From a virus (lineage: Duplodnaviria > Caudoviricetes), in IMG/VR virus record IMGVR_UViG_3300004241_000001, positions 1 to 64,000 of that record: DNA of 64,000 nucleotides; one strand, given 5' to 3'. The notes under the pieces were generated by a model. That model was not told the DNA's origin and did no database searches. It worked only from the letters and a program-made list of their open reading frames with translations. Of the stretch, positions 36,901 to 48,100 are shown in pieces (the first letter of the stretch is position 1; each line of letters starts with the position of its first letter). The position numbers and the translations under genes are program-made.

Positions 36901-38984
36901 ATAAGCATATAAAAATAAAAGAGAATGATGCGAAAAGTACCGCTACGAATAATATAAAGATTGGGAATGAAAAAGCAAAACTAGTAAAATTAGAACAAGA
37001 TTTCTCAAATTTATCAAAGATTGCTTCGAAAGATCAAGTAGAAAAATCTAAAATTGCTATTGAACAAAATAAAATAGAAAACCAGATGAAATTAAAAACT
37101 GCCAAAGAGGTAGGGAAAATAGATAGGGCAGGTCAAAAAACTGTTGAAGATAAGGCTCATATTGAAGCATTAAGAAAAGTTCATGAAATTGAAGCGCAAA
37201 TATCTCTTACCAAACAGTTCCAATCATATTGGGAAAGTAAATTAGAAGATAGTTATTTGCTTCGCTACGATCGTGAAACTGAAGCTCTACAGATACAAAT
37301 TGACAATAATAAAAATATCCTTGATAGTGTTAAAGGACTTAACGAAGAGGATAGAAATCGCTATAACGAAAAGATAAAAGAATTAAACACAGAACTTGAC
37401 GCTCGCAAAAAAAATCGAGAAGAAGCAATAAAGATAAATGAAGAAGAAAAAAGAGCGAAAGACTTTAAACGCAGTTTAGGAAAAGCTGATGAACAATTTT
37501 CATTTAGGCAAGAATTAAATGCTATTGGTTTCTCTGGCAGATATGGAATAACTCCAGAAGAGCAAGCGGCATTTAATATTCAACAACAGTACGAATCAGT
37601 TTTATTTGAAAAAGAAAAAGCAAAAATGATATATCAAGAAAAATATAGGATAACTCTTGATTCGATAATAGCAAAGCAAAAGACACAAAAAGACTTCTCT
37701 ATGGAAATGGCAAAGCAACAGGCTATTCAATTAACATTACAGTCAGAGGAAGTTCAAAATGCCGATGAAGCAGTAATAAAGCAGCAGCAGAAACTTGAAA
37801 TACTTTATAGGCAAACTGAACAACAAGAAAGACAAAGAGCATTTGCCGGCGTAGATGAAATCAAAGGAGTTATCTCTGGATTGTTTGACACATTCAATCC
37901 TATAACTATATACGAACAGCAAAAGGCCAAGGCAAAACAAATGTCTGAGGCATATGCTGAAATGGCTCAGGCTCAGTCAGCCGCCAATACTGCTGCAAGA
38001 GATGTTGCAAGTGCCGAGGCAACTGGAAATATTGACAAAATAAATTCTGCAAGAGAAAAATATAACCAAACATTAAACCAAATCGAAGAAGTAAAGAAAA
38101 AAATGCAGGATATAAATTCAGAAACGAACAAATGGGCAGATGCTTTAAAGAGTATAGGAAATATATTGTTCAAAAAAATAGCAGACCAAGTTACTGATAT
38201 ATTCATAAAGAAAACTGGTATCGCAGACATGTTTGCTAATTTATTTCTTGGAATAGGCGGACTTGGAGGCAAACAACAAACTCAAAGCGCTATGTTTGGA
38301 GGCGGTGCCGCAGGAATAACTACCGCTATGGCTGGAGCAATGGCATTTCCATCAATGGCTGGCATGGGTGGCGGGGCAGGGTTTATATCAGGTGGCAATC
38401 AAGCTATAATAAACGTCATGGCGCAAAAACAGCAAGGGCTTGGTGGCATGATGAGCCCTATGATGGGAACTTCAACTGGTCTTGGCAAATGGCTTAACAA
38501 ACCATTAGACAAATGGGGCAGCACAGGAATGGGCTATCTCTCATCTGGTCTTATGGGTTATGGGTTGGGTCAAGCCATAGGTTCAAAAGGCGGCGGAGCA
38601 TTAGCCGGTGGACTGATGGGGTTTTTAACGGCAGGCCCAATAGGTGGGCTTCTTGGTGCAATAGGTGGATTTTTTGGTGGAGGCAAGGACGAAGAGCCAG
38701 CTCCACCTCCAGTAAAAGAAAGAGAATTTTATAGCACTCAGAAGAACGTCGATGCCTTAGATAGAAATACTGCTGCTTTAATGAAACTTTCAGAAGGAGT
38801 ATTTAATGCTCCATCTACATTTGAAATGCCAAGGCTTGACGCAAAAAGTAATATATCTCAAGTTATAAACGTTTATGTTGGCCCTGGCTCTAACTCTAAA
38901 AATATATCTTCTGGTGTTTCTGAGGCAGTTTATAAAGCTAATATGGCTACATTTGGAACTAAAACATCGAATGTTGTAGGATAG
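33945..38984 (+). CDS. Tape measure protein (TP901-type core)
   Basis: 1679 aa, helical; LAKAYGVSAE...FAQQG and GNALKTMF core; Gly-rich C-terminus. Confidence 0.92.
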   Translation: MANVNQSISIDFLMTAKSNPAGFNDIIRKIENIRGEMADFSGSIGSGMSKLMSSFSMFQKGLEPRAFLSSTEKIKQEIRSLSAELSNLSKKAKGMDIDLSAISKMQGILRSARAKVQYEEAQFYKDLRSPFDLSQAKFSAIQIPQSPLSYKAPTGRQVERLKESLTPQPSGLDKFMSSQVLAVGRLARYYASFELINGSINAINTAMQETIMLQDKMLEVKKFLPVNSATKELENNVYALAKAYGVSAETVLNSYSEFAQQGMKANQILDATKAALLGVNVASIDFAESTKFLTTATNVWGYSLSQSTTLFDKLSKVQAMSAVTAQAMISAIQKTGSIAHDVGVSMDELLGYIAAITEKTQQSGEVTGNALKTMFERLLRSDSIRKLEAMDPLKGITFRNIQTGELEKAGVILSQIAGKWKDLTDIERKNIGEVIAGGRQINTFTALMSNFDSAVKLTGESLNSMGFAQQQNQTEMQKFTKNAQILKNVFLELTTDALTPFMVATNLSINILGQFGSSVMPIAKAGVSGFGAAVMVVATMAIPTLIRSIIASGGVLGTFLQTMGNAALVTKGLGAVLSGPAGIAFAIGSAISGFLLYNSSVQESKEKTEDLNKELAKTADSLNKLSKGFSAKEFTESILGGMTSEQLAKIIELNPAIESIISYGEKGPYIKSGRQDLARKMFVEATKQTIQQKAEGGVTFESYVKDVGLTKDQLSATRVQEEFNKLLKESGDLQKEITGYLSRSTFLSDSELKTLDLKKQKQKEINGLLAQFEYLAKASAGSSELSLQNAIEAAQQIAKLFFQDKPTQISPISDSQEKLEAQRAVIEEIGIEMEKGLFTAQQKNKEFDIENELLENLKSQQFELGAKEIELREQVNKGIDGAKDKYDEVIKKNEIVKSLIGDQKDILQRLLDLLNQDYFINVRFNMPQGIPLPGFIPIGGEGAVSSANLNKTAQEAKARETIANKEILKTTNDILSAQNSINALENKHIKIKENDAKSTATNNIKIGNEKAKLVKLEQDFSNLSKIASKDQVEKSKIAIEQNKIENQMKLKTAKEVGKIDRAGQKTVEDKAHIEALRKVHEIEAQISLTKQFQSYWESKLEDSYLLRYDRETEALQIQIDNNKNILDSVKGLNEEDRNRYNEKIKELNTELDARKKNREEAIKINEEEKRAKDFKRSLGKADEQFSFRQELNAIGFSGRYGITPEEQAAFNIQQQYESVLFEKEKAKMIYQEKYRITLDSIIAKQKTQKDFSMEMAKQQAIQLTLQSEEVQNADEAVIKQQQKLEILYRQTEQQERQRAFAGVDEIKGVISGLFDTFNPITIYEQQKAKAKQMSEAYAEMAQAQSAANTAARDVASAEATGNIDKINSAREKYNQTLNQIEEVKKKMQDINSETNKWADALKSIGNILFKKIADQVTDIFIKKTGIADMFANLFLGIGGLGGKQQTQSAMFGGGAAGITTAMAGAMAFPSMAGMGGGAGFISGGNQAIINVMAQKQQGLGGMMSPMMGTSTGLGKWLNKPLDKWGSTGMGYLSSGLMGYGLGQAIGSKGGGALAGGLMGFLTAGPIGGLLGAIGGFFGGGKDEEPAPPPVKEREFYSTQKNVDALDRNTAALMKLSEGVFNAPSTFEMPRLDAKSNISQVINVYVGPGSNSKNISSGVSEAVYKANMATFGTKTSNVVG

Positions 38985-38992
38985 GTGGTAAA

Positions 38993-39406
38993 ATGGCAAG
39001 CAAAACAAATTATAAATTATACAAATCATCTCTTACTCCTACGAAAATTGATATAGGGATTTCATCTTACGAAATAAAGACTCAAGATTATGGCAAGTTA
39101 GAACTAGGAAGAGGAATTAGAGTTTTTATAAAAAAATACTCCTCTTCCGGGGAAATACGAAAGAATGACACTTTAATTTTAAAATGGGATTTTGTTCCTG
39201 AAAATTCAATTACATTTTCAAAAATACAGTCTTTAAGCAATGGTGATGAAGTAACTTTTATTGCCTCTGGAAATATAAATATGTCAATTACTGGTGAATT
39301 GATAGATATAGTTTCAAAAAGAAAATCAGGGATAATATTAAAAAACAATATCATGACAAGAGAAATATCAATTCAAATATGCGTTAAGACTGGAAGTATA
39401 AACTAA
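38993..39406 (+). CDS. Distal tail-like protein
   Basis: Position after the tape measure gene. Confidence 0.5.
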   Translation: MASKTNYKLYKSSLTPTKIDIGISSYEIKTQDYGKLELGRGIRVFIKKYSSSGEIRKNDTLILKWDFVPENSITFSKIQSLSNGDEVTFIASGNINMSITGELIDIVSKRKSGIILKNNIMTREISIQICVKTGSIN

Positions 39407-39416
39407 GGAGAAAAAT

Positions 39417-39773
39417 ATGGCGTGGCAAATAAACGGAGTGACACTTGATTATGGCCCAAGTTTTCAAGATGATTTTACATATGTTGATGACAAACCCATA
39501 GAATTGACGTTTCCATCAAAAAGTATCGATAATGATTATATTTATTTAAGGAATTATGACGAATCAAAAACTATGTCATGGGATAGAGTTACATCGAGTT
39601 TGAAGACGAAATTAGTAAATTTACCTTTATTTACAAATATATCTTTGTATGATAATATATCGACTAATAATTATACTATTCAAATATTGGATAGAAAGAT
39701 TATTCCATATAAAACATTTGAAAACTCTGAAGTTTTATGGTCTGCTACTTTAAAAATAAAAGTTATTAGTTAG
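39417..39773 (+). CDS. Distal tail-like protein
   Basis: Position; MAWQINGVTL start. Confidence 0.55.
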   Translation: MAWQINGVTLDYGPSFQDDFTYVDDKPIELTFPSKSIDNDYIYLRNYDESKTMSWDRVTSSLKTKLVNLPLFTNISLYDNISTNNYTIQILDRKIIPYKTFENSEVLWSATLKIKVIS

Positions 39774-39786
39774 GATTGGTGGAAAA

Positions 39787-42700
39787 GTGGATAATTTTAT
39801 ATATCAAACAGTTAATGATAATGTATCTGGAAAATCTGGCATTGCCTCATCTTGCTTTTATTGCGAAATATTTCAAGGTGGTCTATATGATTTTCATGCA
39901 AAAAATAAGACGACATTCTCTCCTAATAATGGATATGATATTATTACTGCCACAAAAATGAGAGGAGAAACGGAAGTCTCATATTCTGTCGAAAGATCAG
40001 ATGTATCGTTATGGACGAAATTTTCTCCAATAAGTTTCCAAAAAAACTTTTCAGTTGGCCAGTCTAAAACTATAAATTTTACATTGCCTTACAATATGTT
40101 CTCTTATAATATGTCAACGGGCATATTTACTGGTAATAATGATTTAACAAATTTTAACTTTACACTAAGTAAAGGGTATTTGGTAAGGCTTTATTCTGGA
40201 TTTTTTTCAGATGATAATACTGCTGCGATATATCAAGATGACAATGGGCAACACACAGAAAGACAGTTTACAGGTGTTATAACTGATATTCAAGTTTCCG
40301 AAGATGATGGAACATTGACTATTGCCGCTTCGGATTATTCTGTAATATTCTTAAACCAATTAAATTATAATTATCCTGATATTGTTTCTTATAGAGATGC
40401 CGCAGAAGATACAGAAGACGTAATAGTTGGTGGATCAACTTATAAATCTCCGATAAGAATTCAACCAGATAATTTATTCGCTGATATCGCAAATCAACAA
40501 TTTATTCCAGCATATGATAATTGGAAGGTCATAGATGCCATAAAGGATATTTGTATAAAAAGTAATTTTCCTGTCGAAAGAATTGCTTTTGGATTCATGA
40601 ATAGCGATAAAATAAGACTTGGAAAATCAAAAGAATATCCATTTATGAAAACTCAGTCAAAATATATTCAGACCACTGCAACAACAATTGAAGAAGTGGT
40701 AAAAATATCAGGCATCGATGCAGAATCATTAGATGATGCAAAATATAAATTTGATTTTGGAAAGAACCTATGGGATTGTTTAAGCACGATCTGCGAAGAT
40801 TTTGGCTTTAGAATGTTTTTCGATAAAGATGGAAAGTTAAATATTAAAGATGTTGGAGTTGGAACATTTTACCAAGATTTTACTGGAACAGAACTTCAAA
40901 TAATAGAGAATAATGTTTATGGTTGGACTGCTCAAGATTTAACCAATTATACAAATTGCACTATAAAAACTTCAATTTCTGGATATAAAATAGAAGCAAG
41001 ATTTATAAGTAAAGATGCTGAATTGCCAGCAACAACAGTTAGAGTATATTATAACAGTAATCTTTTAGCAACTGTGAATGTTAGAGCATTATCAAAATAT
41101 GATGCCGAAACGGTTACGCTATTTGAATCAGATAGTCCATCTGGATTATTTTATTTTCAATGCGCTGATACTGCATATTTAAACTGTTTGTATTATTACA
41201 CGCCTGAGCAACAAAATAATCCGATAATAACTCTTGATACGACAAAAAACGTAAAAATAACTCAATCAAATTTATCTAACCAAGAGATACGAAATCAGGT
41301 AATATCAATAGGGAAACCAAATGCATCAGAACCATTAATATCAAAATCAATAGATTTTACATCTATTTATGGCGGAGAAAATATCATATCTTCCTTAGAG
41401 TTTTCAAATGGGATAGACGCTGTTTCTGAATCAAAAGGTGACTTTCTTAGCAATGGAAAAAAAGACAAATATGAAAATGTTATATTTAATCCGTCATCTT
41501 TTACTATAAAATGTGATGGCAGTAAACCTTCCCCCAAAATATTAAAAATATATTTTAAACAGGACTCGACATATATAGGGAAGACGATAACCATAAACAC
41601 TACTGATTCAACTTTTTCTCAAACAATAAGTCAATATGATTTGACTAATTTTGGCATGTTTATAAATATTCCGACAATAACGACAAAAGTTAATGGCAAA
41701 TATGTCATACAACTTTCATGTGCGTCTGCTCAATCTTTTTATCTTTCTGAAGTAGAATGTTTTAATAATGATATCTCTTATAATTATGCCGGCTTTCTAA
41801 AAGAACTAATGATAGTAAAAGATAACGTAAGTGACAAATCATCAAATGATTGGGCGGCAAAGACACTTATTGAAACTCATAGAGGAAACTCGCATCAAGT
41901 TGAAGCAGAGGCTATAGGAATGCCGTTTTTAAATATTGGAGATTGCATTGATATATACGCTCCAGAATTAGGTTTTGCTCAAGATAAAAATTTTTATGTT
42001 ACTGGAATTTCTGATTCAGGAACCGACATATCTTATACCTCTAAAATATCTTTGTCTGCTATTCCTCCGGTTAAATCAATCCAATGGATGCCAGATATAG
42101 ACGAAACAAAATTTACAGGAGATATATATGATTTCACAATCCAGATAAAAGAAAAAGATAACGTGTCAGGCGATGCTAAAGGCATAATCGGTGGAGAATT
42201 TGAAAATATTTCTGGATTGCCTGGAGATATGAAAAATTTTAAACATGGAAGAATGATTGCCTATGACAGTGTAAATGGGAAGATATACGCTCTTGGAGGT
42301 TCCTCTACATGGATGACAGATACATGGATAACAAGAATGACTCCAACGAAATATTTTGCAATATACGATATTTCCACAAAAACATGGACTCAGGGTTCTA
42401 TGCCAGTTGCAACTTGTTTTGGATTTGCTTGTTGTTATAACGGAGATTTGTATGTATTCGGTGGCACTAATAATGCCGCAAATATTTTAAAATATACATT
42501 TTCAACATCTACTTGGTCTAACTATGGAAGCCTGTCTTTTAATTTTCAATATGGTGGAGCGGCAATAAAAGATAATATGGTTTATTTAATATCTGGATGG
42601 TCAGGGTCAAGTAGCGAATATCCTGTCGGCGGATGCTATTCGTATGATATCTTAACAAAAACTATTACAACTCTTGCAACATTAAATTCTTCAAATGGAT

Positions 42701-45093
42701 ATTTTTTAAACCAATGCTGCTTATCTTATGATGGAAATTATATTTATAGCCTTGGAGGCTCTTATAGAGATTATCAATTGCCCGGCCCCGATGAATACAC
42801 CTGGGATTGGCATAATAGGTTATATCTTTCTAGAAATCTCAATAGATACAATATATCATCAAATACGTGGGAATCTCTTACGGCTCCTTTAGTTGGTATT
42901 GCTGGAGGAACTTTACAAACAGATTCCACAGGTATATATGTATTTGGTGGGTATAGGGTTGATGGTTCAGGATTCTACTCCAGTAATTCAGCTCATAAAA
43001 TATATGATTATTCTACCGGATATGTTTTCGAGCCATATGGAGGAGTGCCTGAATCATTTGGAATATCTGGATGTATTTATGGTTCTAAATTTTTAATTGC
43101 CGGCGAAGGAGTTTATTCAATAGATTTAGTAAAAATGAAGGTAAGTCAGGCAATAGATATAAAACCAATAACTGACTACTGCTTATTTAGCTTCGCTACA
43201 ACAAAAAGAAGAAAGATATCTGTTTTAGTAAAACACCCATCAAAAAATGAAATTTATGCATGGCCTCTTGAAGAAACAATAATTGAGCCTGGAGTTTATA
43301 AAAGAGAAAATGGAATAAGATGGGATTTTGGTTTAGACTTTGAACAAAGATTTGGGGATTTTTGTGATAAAATATTTCTTTATCCAAATGACTCAGATGA
43401 TAATTATGTTTATTCGACAATCTATGAGGATTTGGAAATAACATCCGAATACGATCCTACGGTTACTCATAAAAGAACTCCTCCATTTTACATTGTTAGA
43501 CTTAATGTTAAACTGGATAAATATTTACTGAATACTCTTGGTTCGGCCACAATAAGTTCAGATATACAAATGGATGTTCCAATAATAACTCATTCTGATA
43601 TGTATAAAGATGGAGCGTTTAAACTTGCTATAGAAGATGTTTTCCCGTCTCAAGTGCAAGTTGGAGGCTCTGTCATAGCCCCATTATCAGTTAAAAAAAA
43701 TAATATAACATTAATTTTAAATGATATGGTTTATGTGGATGTTATTGTTCAAAGAAATGATGGCGCGAATGTCAATCAAATAACCCAATCTGTTGACGAG
43801 TATGGAAGATATCCTAACTCAGCCCAAAGAAATGTTATTACAGCAGCATTAATTGACGAAATAAAATGGGATTTGACGGATAGTAGCGGTATTTATGTAC
43901 CTATTAACTCTAAATATAAATTTAAAATCATAAATGCTTTTGGTGTTAATGGAGAGGCTGTTATTTTTACAACAGCCACAAGTGATAATATCCTTCCAAA
44001 TCCAATATTTAAACCAATATCTACAACAAATACTGTAACTACAACAAAACAATCATTAAATGGTTCTGTATCAAGTTCTACGTCAGTAGTGACTACAAAG
44101 ATAATGAAAGACTGGGTTTATAATGATTCTTTTGTTTCACTATTTGATATAACTCCTTCTAAATACTACTCATGGCAAGAATCTATTCAAGTTCCTAAAA
44201 CGTTACCGAATGGAACGGTAATTGGAAATACTACTACGATAATAACAAAAACATTAACAAATAAATCTTTTGGATATAACATAACAATGGATACAGACAA
44301 AGAAAGGGTTTCTACAACATTTGATCAGTTAGGAACTATTTCGTTTAAAAAAGAATTTAGTGGAAATACTTCAAATATCTTTGCCGGCGCTTTAATGGAT
44401 GTTGAGCTTGGAACAAATGATATTGAAAAAGTTACGTCGGAATATCTTAACGATTCTCCTCATGTAAAATCTACAAAGGCGTATATAGCCAATCCAGAAG
44501 TATCGCAAGATATCTATGTTAGTTTTGAATATTTGCTATATTCTCCTATAAGAACTGGATATCCAAGTGGAGAGTTAACTTTCGTAGATAAGAATGGCCA
44601 AACGGTAAGTTATGTTGATCTTTCGATTAGCGAAGCCATAAAAAAATACTGTTTGGCTCCAGTATTTTTTGTTGCTTATAAAACAGATAAATTATCCTAT
44701 AAAATAGTTAAATCAGATATGATAAAATTGACTCCAAGTAGTAATCCAGAAGGAACCATGTCTGTTGCAGGAACAAAATTTACAATACCAAAAGCTACAG
44801 ATTGTTCAGAAATAGATTTAATCGTAGGGGTTAAATTTGGAGATTCATTCAAATTGACAAGAACTTCAAACGACCCTCCTGGAAAACCATCGGGATATGT
44901 TGCAAATTTGTTTTCATCAGATCCAGAGCTATATTATTTTGTTGACTATGCTAAAACGCAATCATTTAATCCCGGGATAAATTTATATTTCGATAATTTT
45001 CAAACCATACTTGGAAGTGAATATCGAAAAATAACTTATTCTGAACAGCCAAAAGATAACGCAAAAACATCAGGAATATTCGAAGTAATATAA
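39787..45093 (+). CDS. Tail tip hub protein with a Kelch beta-propeller and Ig-like domains
   Basis: Hub-like motifs FTGVITDI and IGMPFLNIGDCI; Kelch blades IYALGG, LYVFGG, IYSLGG and IYVFGG; FlgD-Ig-like WDLTDSSG. Confidence 0.75.
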   Translation: MDNFIYQTVNDNVSGKSGIASSCFYCEIFQGGLYDFHAKNKTTFSPNNGYDIITATKMRGETEVSYSVERSDVSLWTKFSPISFQKNFSVGQSKTINFTLPYNMFSYNMSTGIFTGNNDLTNFNFTLSKGYLVRLYSGFFSDDNTAAIYQDDNGQHTERQFTGVITDIQVSEDDGTLTIAASDYSVIFLNQLNYNYPDIVSYRDAAEDTEDVIVGGSTYKSPIRIQPDNLFADIANQQFIPAYDNWKVIDAIKDICIKSNFPVERIAFGFMNSDKIRLGKSKEYPFMKTQSKYIQTTATTIEEVVKISGIDAESLDDAKYKFDFGKNLWDCLSTICEDFGFRMFFDKDGKLNIKDVGVGTFYQDFTGTELQIIENNVYGWTAQDLTNYTNCTIKTSISGYKIEARFISKDAELPATTVRVYYNSNLLATVNVRALSKYDAETVTLFESDSPSGLFYFQCADTAYLNCLYYYTPEQQNNPIITLDTTKNVKITQSNLSNQEIRNQVISIGKPNASEPLISKSIDFTSIYGGENIISSLEFSNGIDAVSESKGDFLSNGKKDKYENVIFNPSSFTIKCDGSKPSPKILKIYFKQDSTYIGKTITINTTDSTFSQTISQYDLTNFGMFINIPTITTKVNGKYVIQLSCASAQSFYLSEVECFNNDISYNYAGFLKELMIVKDNVSDKSSNDWAAKTLIETHRGNSHQVEAEAIGMPFLNIGDCIDIYAPELGFAQDKNFYVTGISDSGTDISYTSKISLSAIPPVKSIQWMPDIDETKFTGDIYDFTIQIKEKDNVSGDAKGIIGGEFENISGLPGDMKNFKHGRMIAYDSVNGKIYALGGSSTWMTDTWITRMTPTKYFAIYDISTKTWTQGSMPVATCFGFACCYNGDLYVFGGTNNAANILKYTFSTSTWSNYGSLSFNFQYGGAAIKDNMVYLISGWSGSSSEYPVGGCYSYDILTKTITTLATLNSSNGYFLNQCCLSYDGNYIYSLGGSYRDYQLPGPDEYTWDWHNRLYLSRNLNRYNISSNTWESLTAPLVGIAGGTLQTDSTGIYVFGGYRVDGSGFYSSNSAHKIYDYSTGYVFEPYGGVPESFGISGCIYGSKFLIAGEGVYSIDLVKMKVSQAIDIKPITDYCLFSFATTKRRKISVLVKHPSKNEIYAWPLEETIIEPGVYKRENGIRWDFGLDFEQRFGDFCDKIFLYPNDSDDNYVYSTIYEDLEITSEYDPTVTHKRTPPFYIVRLNVKLDKYLLNTLGSATISSDIQMDVPIITHSDMYKDGAFKLAIEDVFPSQVQVGGSVIAPLSVKKNNITLILNDMVYVDVIVQRNDGANVNQITQSVDEYGRYPNSAQRNVITAALIDEIKWDLTDSSGIYVPINSKYKFKIINAFGVNGEAVIFTTATSDNILPNPIFKPISTTNTVTTTKQSLNGSVSSSTSVVTTKIMKDWVYNDSFVSLFDITPSKYYSWQESIQVPKTLPNGTVIGNTTTIITKTLTNKSFGYNITMDTDKERVSTTFDQLGTISFKKEFSGNTSNIFAGALMDVELGTNDIEKVTSEYLNDSPHVKSTKAYIANPEVSQDIYVSFEYLLYSPIRTGYPSGELTFVDKNGQTVSYVDLSISEAIKKYCLAPVFFVAYKTDKLSYKIVKSDMIKLTPSSNPEGTMSVAGTKFTIPKATDCSEIDLIVGVKFGDSFKLTRTSNDPPGKPSGYVANLFSSDPELYYFVDYAKTQSFNPGINLYFDNFQTILGSEYRKITYSEQPKDNAKTSGIFEVI

Positions 45094-45097
45094 TTTA

Positions 45098-45126
45098 TTG
45101 ACGGGAATGTTATTTTAATATAAAAT
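45098..45126 (+). promoter_or_regulatory. sigma70-type promoter
   Basis: TTGACG-17-TAAAAT. Confidence 0.55.
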
Positions 45127-45157
45127 ATTAGAAATTTTATAGAATGGTGATGATAAA

Positions 45158-48100
45158 ATGAACAATTTACCTTATGTTGTCCAAAATCAAATAAATAAAT
45201 CAATAGATGAAGGAAAAGTCCAAAAAATAAATACTAATATCCAAGAGGATAACGTAAAAGATTTGTCTTTTTCCAATTCTTCGAAATCCACAACCAATAT
45301 AAAGCCAGAGCCTCCAAAGGTTTCTTATTTTTTAAAAGTAATAAATAAAAATACGTTTGGCGTTAATTTTTCTGCGCCATTATCTATTTTTGATGACGTA
45401 GGCTCAGCCCGTTCGGTATATGGAGATACCTATTCGATAATAAGAGATGGAGTAATAATAAAAGAAAATATAGCGGCTCCATTGTCTTATATTGATACAA
45501 ATGTAGAATACGGTATGTCATATTCGTATCAAGTCATAATAAATACGTTATCAGGATTAAGCAACTCTTCAAGCCAAATACAAATGTCTGTAATTGATTC
45601 ATCTATTCCACATACTCCTGATAACTTTACCGTTTATTTTGATAATCCAAAAGATATAGATATTGGAACTACAAAGATAAAATTTAATCAAAATATGGAC
45701 GAAGATTACAAAGGAATGAGAATTATCTACAAAGAGTCCAATTTAGCTGATACAGAATGGAAAGAGTCAAAATTTGTTAATCAGGTTGGAGATCAAGGTA
45801 GTGAAGCCACTACATTAATAAGCGGCCTTGTTAAAGGGAAATATTATGATTTCGCAATACAGGCAATGGATTATTTTGGTAATGTATCAGAGATAAATAA
45901 ACAGGAAAGCGTGAGACTATTTGATAATGTTGCTCCAAATCCAGTTAATAATTTCTCTGCCGCATTAATGAACAGTTCTCCAATTCGGTCAAAATTATCA
46001 TGGACGGTTCCAGTTCCTATTGATGGAATATCAGACACTACTGGATATAAGATACAAAGAGCAGCTATAACGACAGGACAGCAAATATATTCTGATTTAA
46101 CCACTATAAACTCTCATGATACATTGATATTTGAGGATTCTACCGTCGAATCGGGAACTTCATATATCTACAGAATTTCTTCATTTGACGAAAACAATAA
46201 TATGTCAGACTATACTTATTCTGATATTATAAAAATAGAGTCAATATCTAATTCTATTGATATATCAGTGCAATATCAAAATGCTGGAGAAACTACATTT
46301 CCAATAACAGTAACCGCAACAAATATTCCAACTACTGGGGTTGGAAATACTTTTGCCATTGTTATAAATAAAAAATCTACTGGCCTTCCAATAAGTTTAA
46401 AAAAAATAGCATCAAGGGTATCTTCGTCAATACAGACGGTATCGATAGTATTTAGCTATACAGATTTATTAGAGGATTTTGTAAAAAATATATCAAGTGA
46501 AACATTTTTAGCAAATGATTTCGAAATTAGATTCTACGAAAGAATTACAATAATAAGAAATACATGTAGATTTGTTGATTTATTTGTAAAAGATTTATCG
46601 ATAGACTTTAGACCGCCTGCGGTTCAAAATTTTCTAATAACATATGATGCAAAAAATAAAAAAATATATATGTCTTGGGATAAGCCATCATTTTCTATAT
46701 TATCCGGTTATGTTATAAAATATTCTGGAAAGACTACTCAAAAAACTTGGGATAATTCAACTCTTGTTAAAGAGATTTTTATTAGCGATACATTGAATAC
46801 TGTAATCGACGTTCCACCAGATATAAACTTAAATGATCCTCAAACATTAAGTTATTTTTCTATAAAATCGATATCAAAGTTTAATTTTTCATATATATCT
46901 GCAAATTTTACTAAAGTAATTGGTTTATCAAATTCCATATTATCATCGTCTGCCACATTTAATTCTTTAACTATTTATGGAAAATTGCCAGCAGTTACAG
47001 GACAAGTTGTAATAGGTGGCGCTCAAGAAGTTAATATTAAATTTACTCCTCTTGATTTAGAAGGTGTAAGCGAATATTGGATATATGCTTCTTATACTGC
47101 CTCTGATTTAGATGCCCCAACTGATGAAATGATAGAGTGGAAAGGTAAAGCATCTATAGCAAATATTAAAAAAATAGCCGGCGTAGAAATACCAAATGAA
47201 ATAAGAACCATATATTTTAAAATGCTTGCAGTTGACTATCAACAGATAAAAGGAACTATATCTGATTTGTTTTCTGGAATATCTCACGATAGTATGGTTC
47301 CAGAATATACCGTATCTTTTTCTCCAAATATAATAGTTGAAAAACTTATATCTGGAAATTCTTTATCTGTATCTTTAATTTCAAATGATGATTCAGGATT
47401 TTCTGCAACTGGGGCATTATATGTTTCTTTGGACGATGGAGAATTTATTGCAAAAACTTATACAAGATCAAATGAAAATAAAACAATAACATATTCAGAA
47501 ACATTTTCATCTATTGCTGATGGCGAGCATAAAATATGTTTTAAAGTATTTGATGTTTATAATAATTTGTTAACAACTCAGTGGTATCCTTTTGAAGTAG
47601 ACATAAGCGTTCCTTCAACATTGCCAGCGCCATATATATTAAAAGATAATGCTTTTGTTCAGACTCAACAAATTGCGTTAAGTTCAAGAACATATCTTCC
47701 GTTGACTGGAATATCTGAATCAATAGACATATTTAATTCTAAAACGGTTCAAGTATGTTTACCAGAATTTACTACTTGCTCAAATTTTTCTCATATCAAA
47801 ATGTTTATTGCTCAATATAATATCTCTACAAGCAGTTACGGAAGCTATGTTGAAATAAAAATGCCACAGTCAGCAAATCTTGATTCTAATGCTGTCGTGT
47901 CAGACTTTAAAGCGACGGTAACATTTGAAGAGGATATACCAGATTTTAAAATAAAAATGATACAAGTAAAGAAAAATGTAGTTATTGGTGATATAAACTT
48001 TGCGATTGCCTCTTCTAAAAATAAAATAGATACAACTCCTCCGCTAATAAAAGTAAATTCAATGAGATATGAAAATGACGCATCTCTTGAAAATGTAGCA

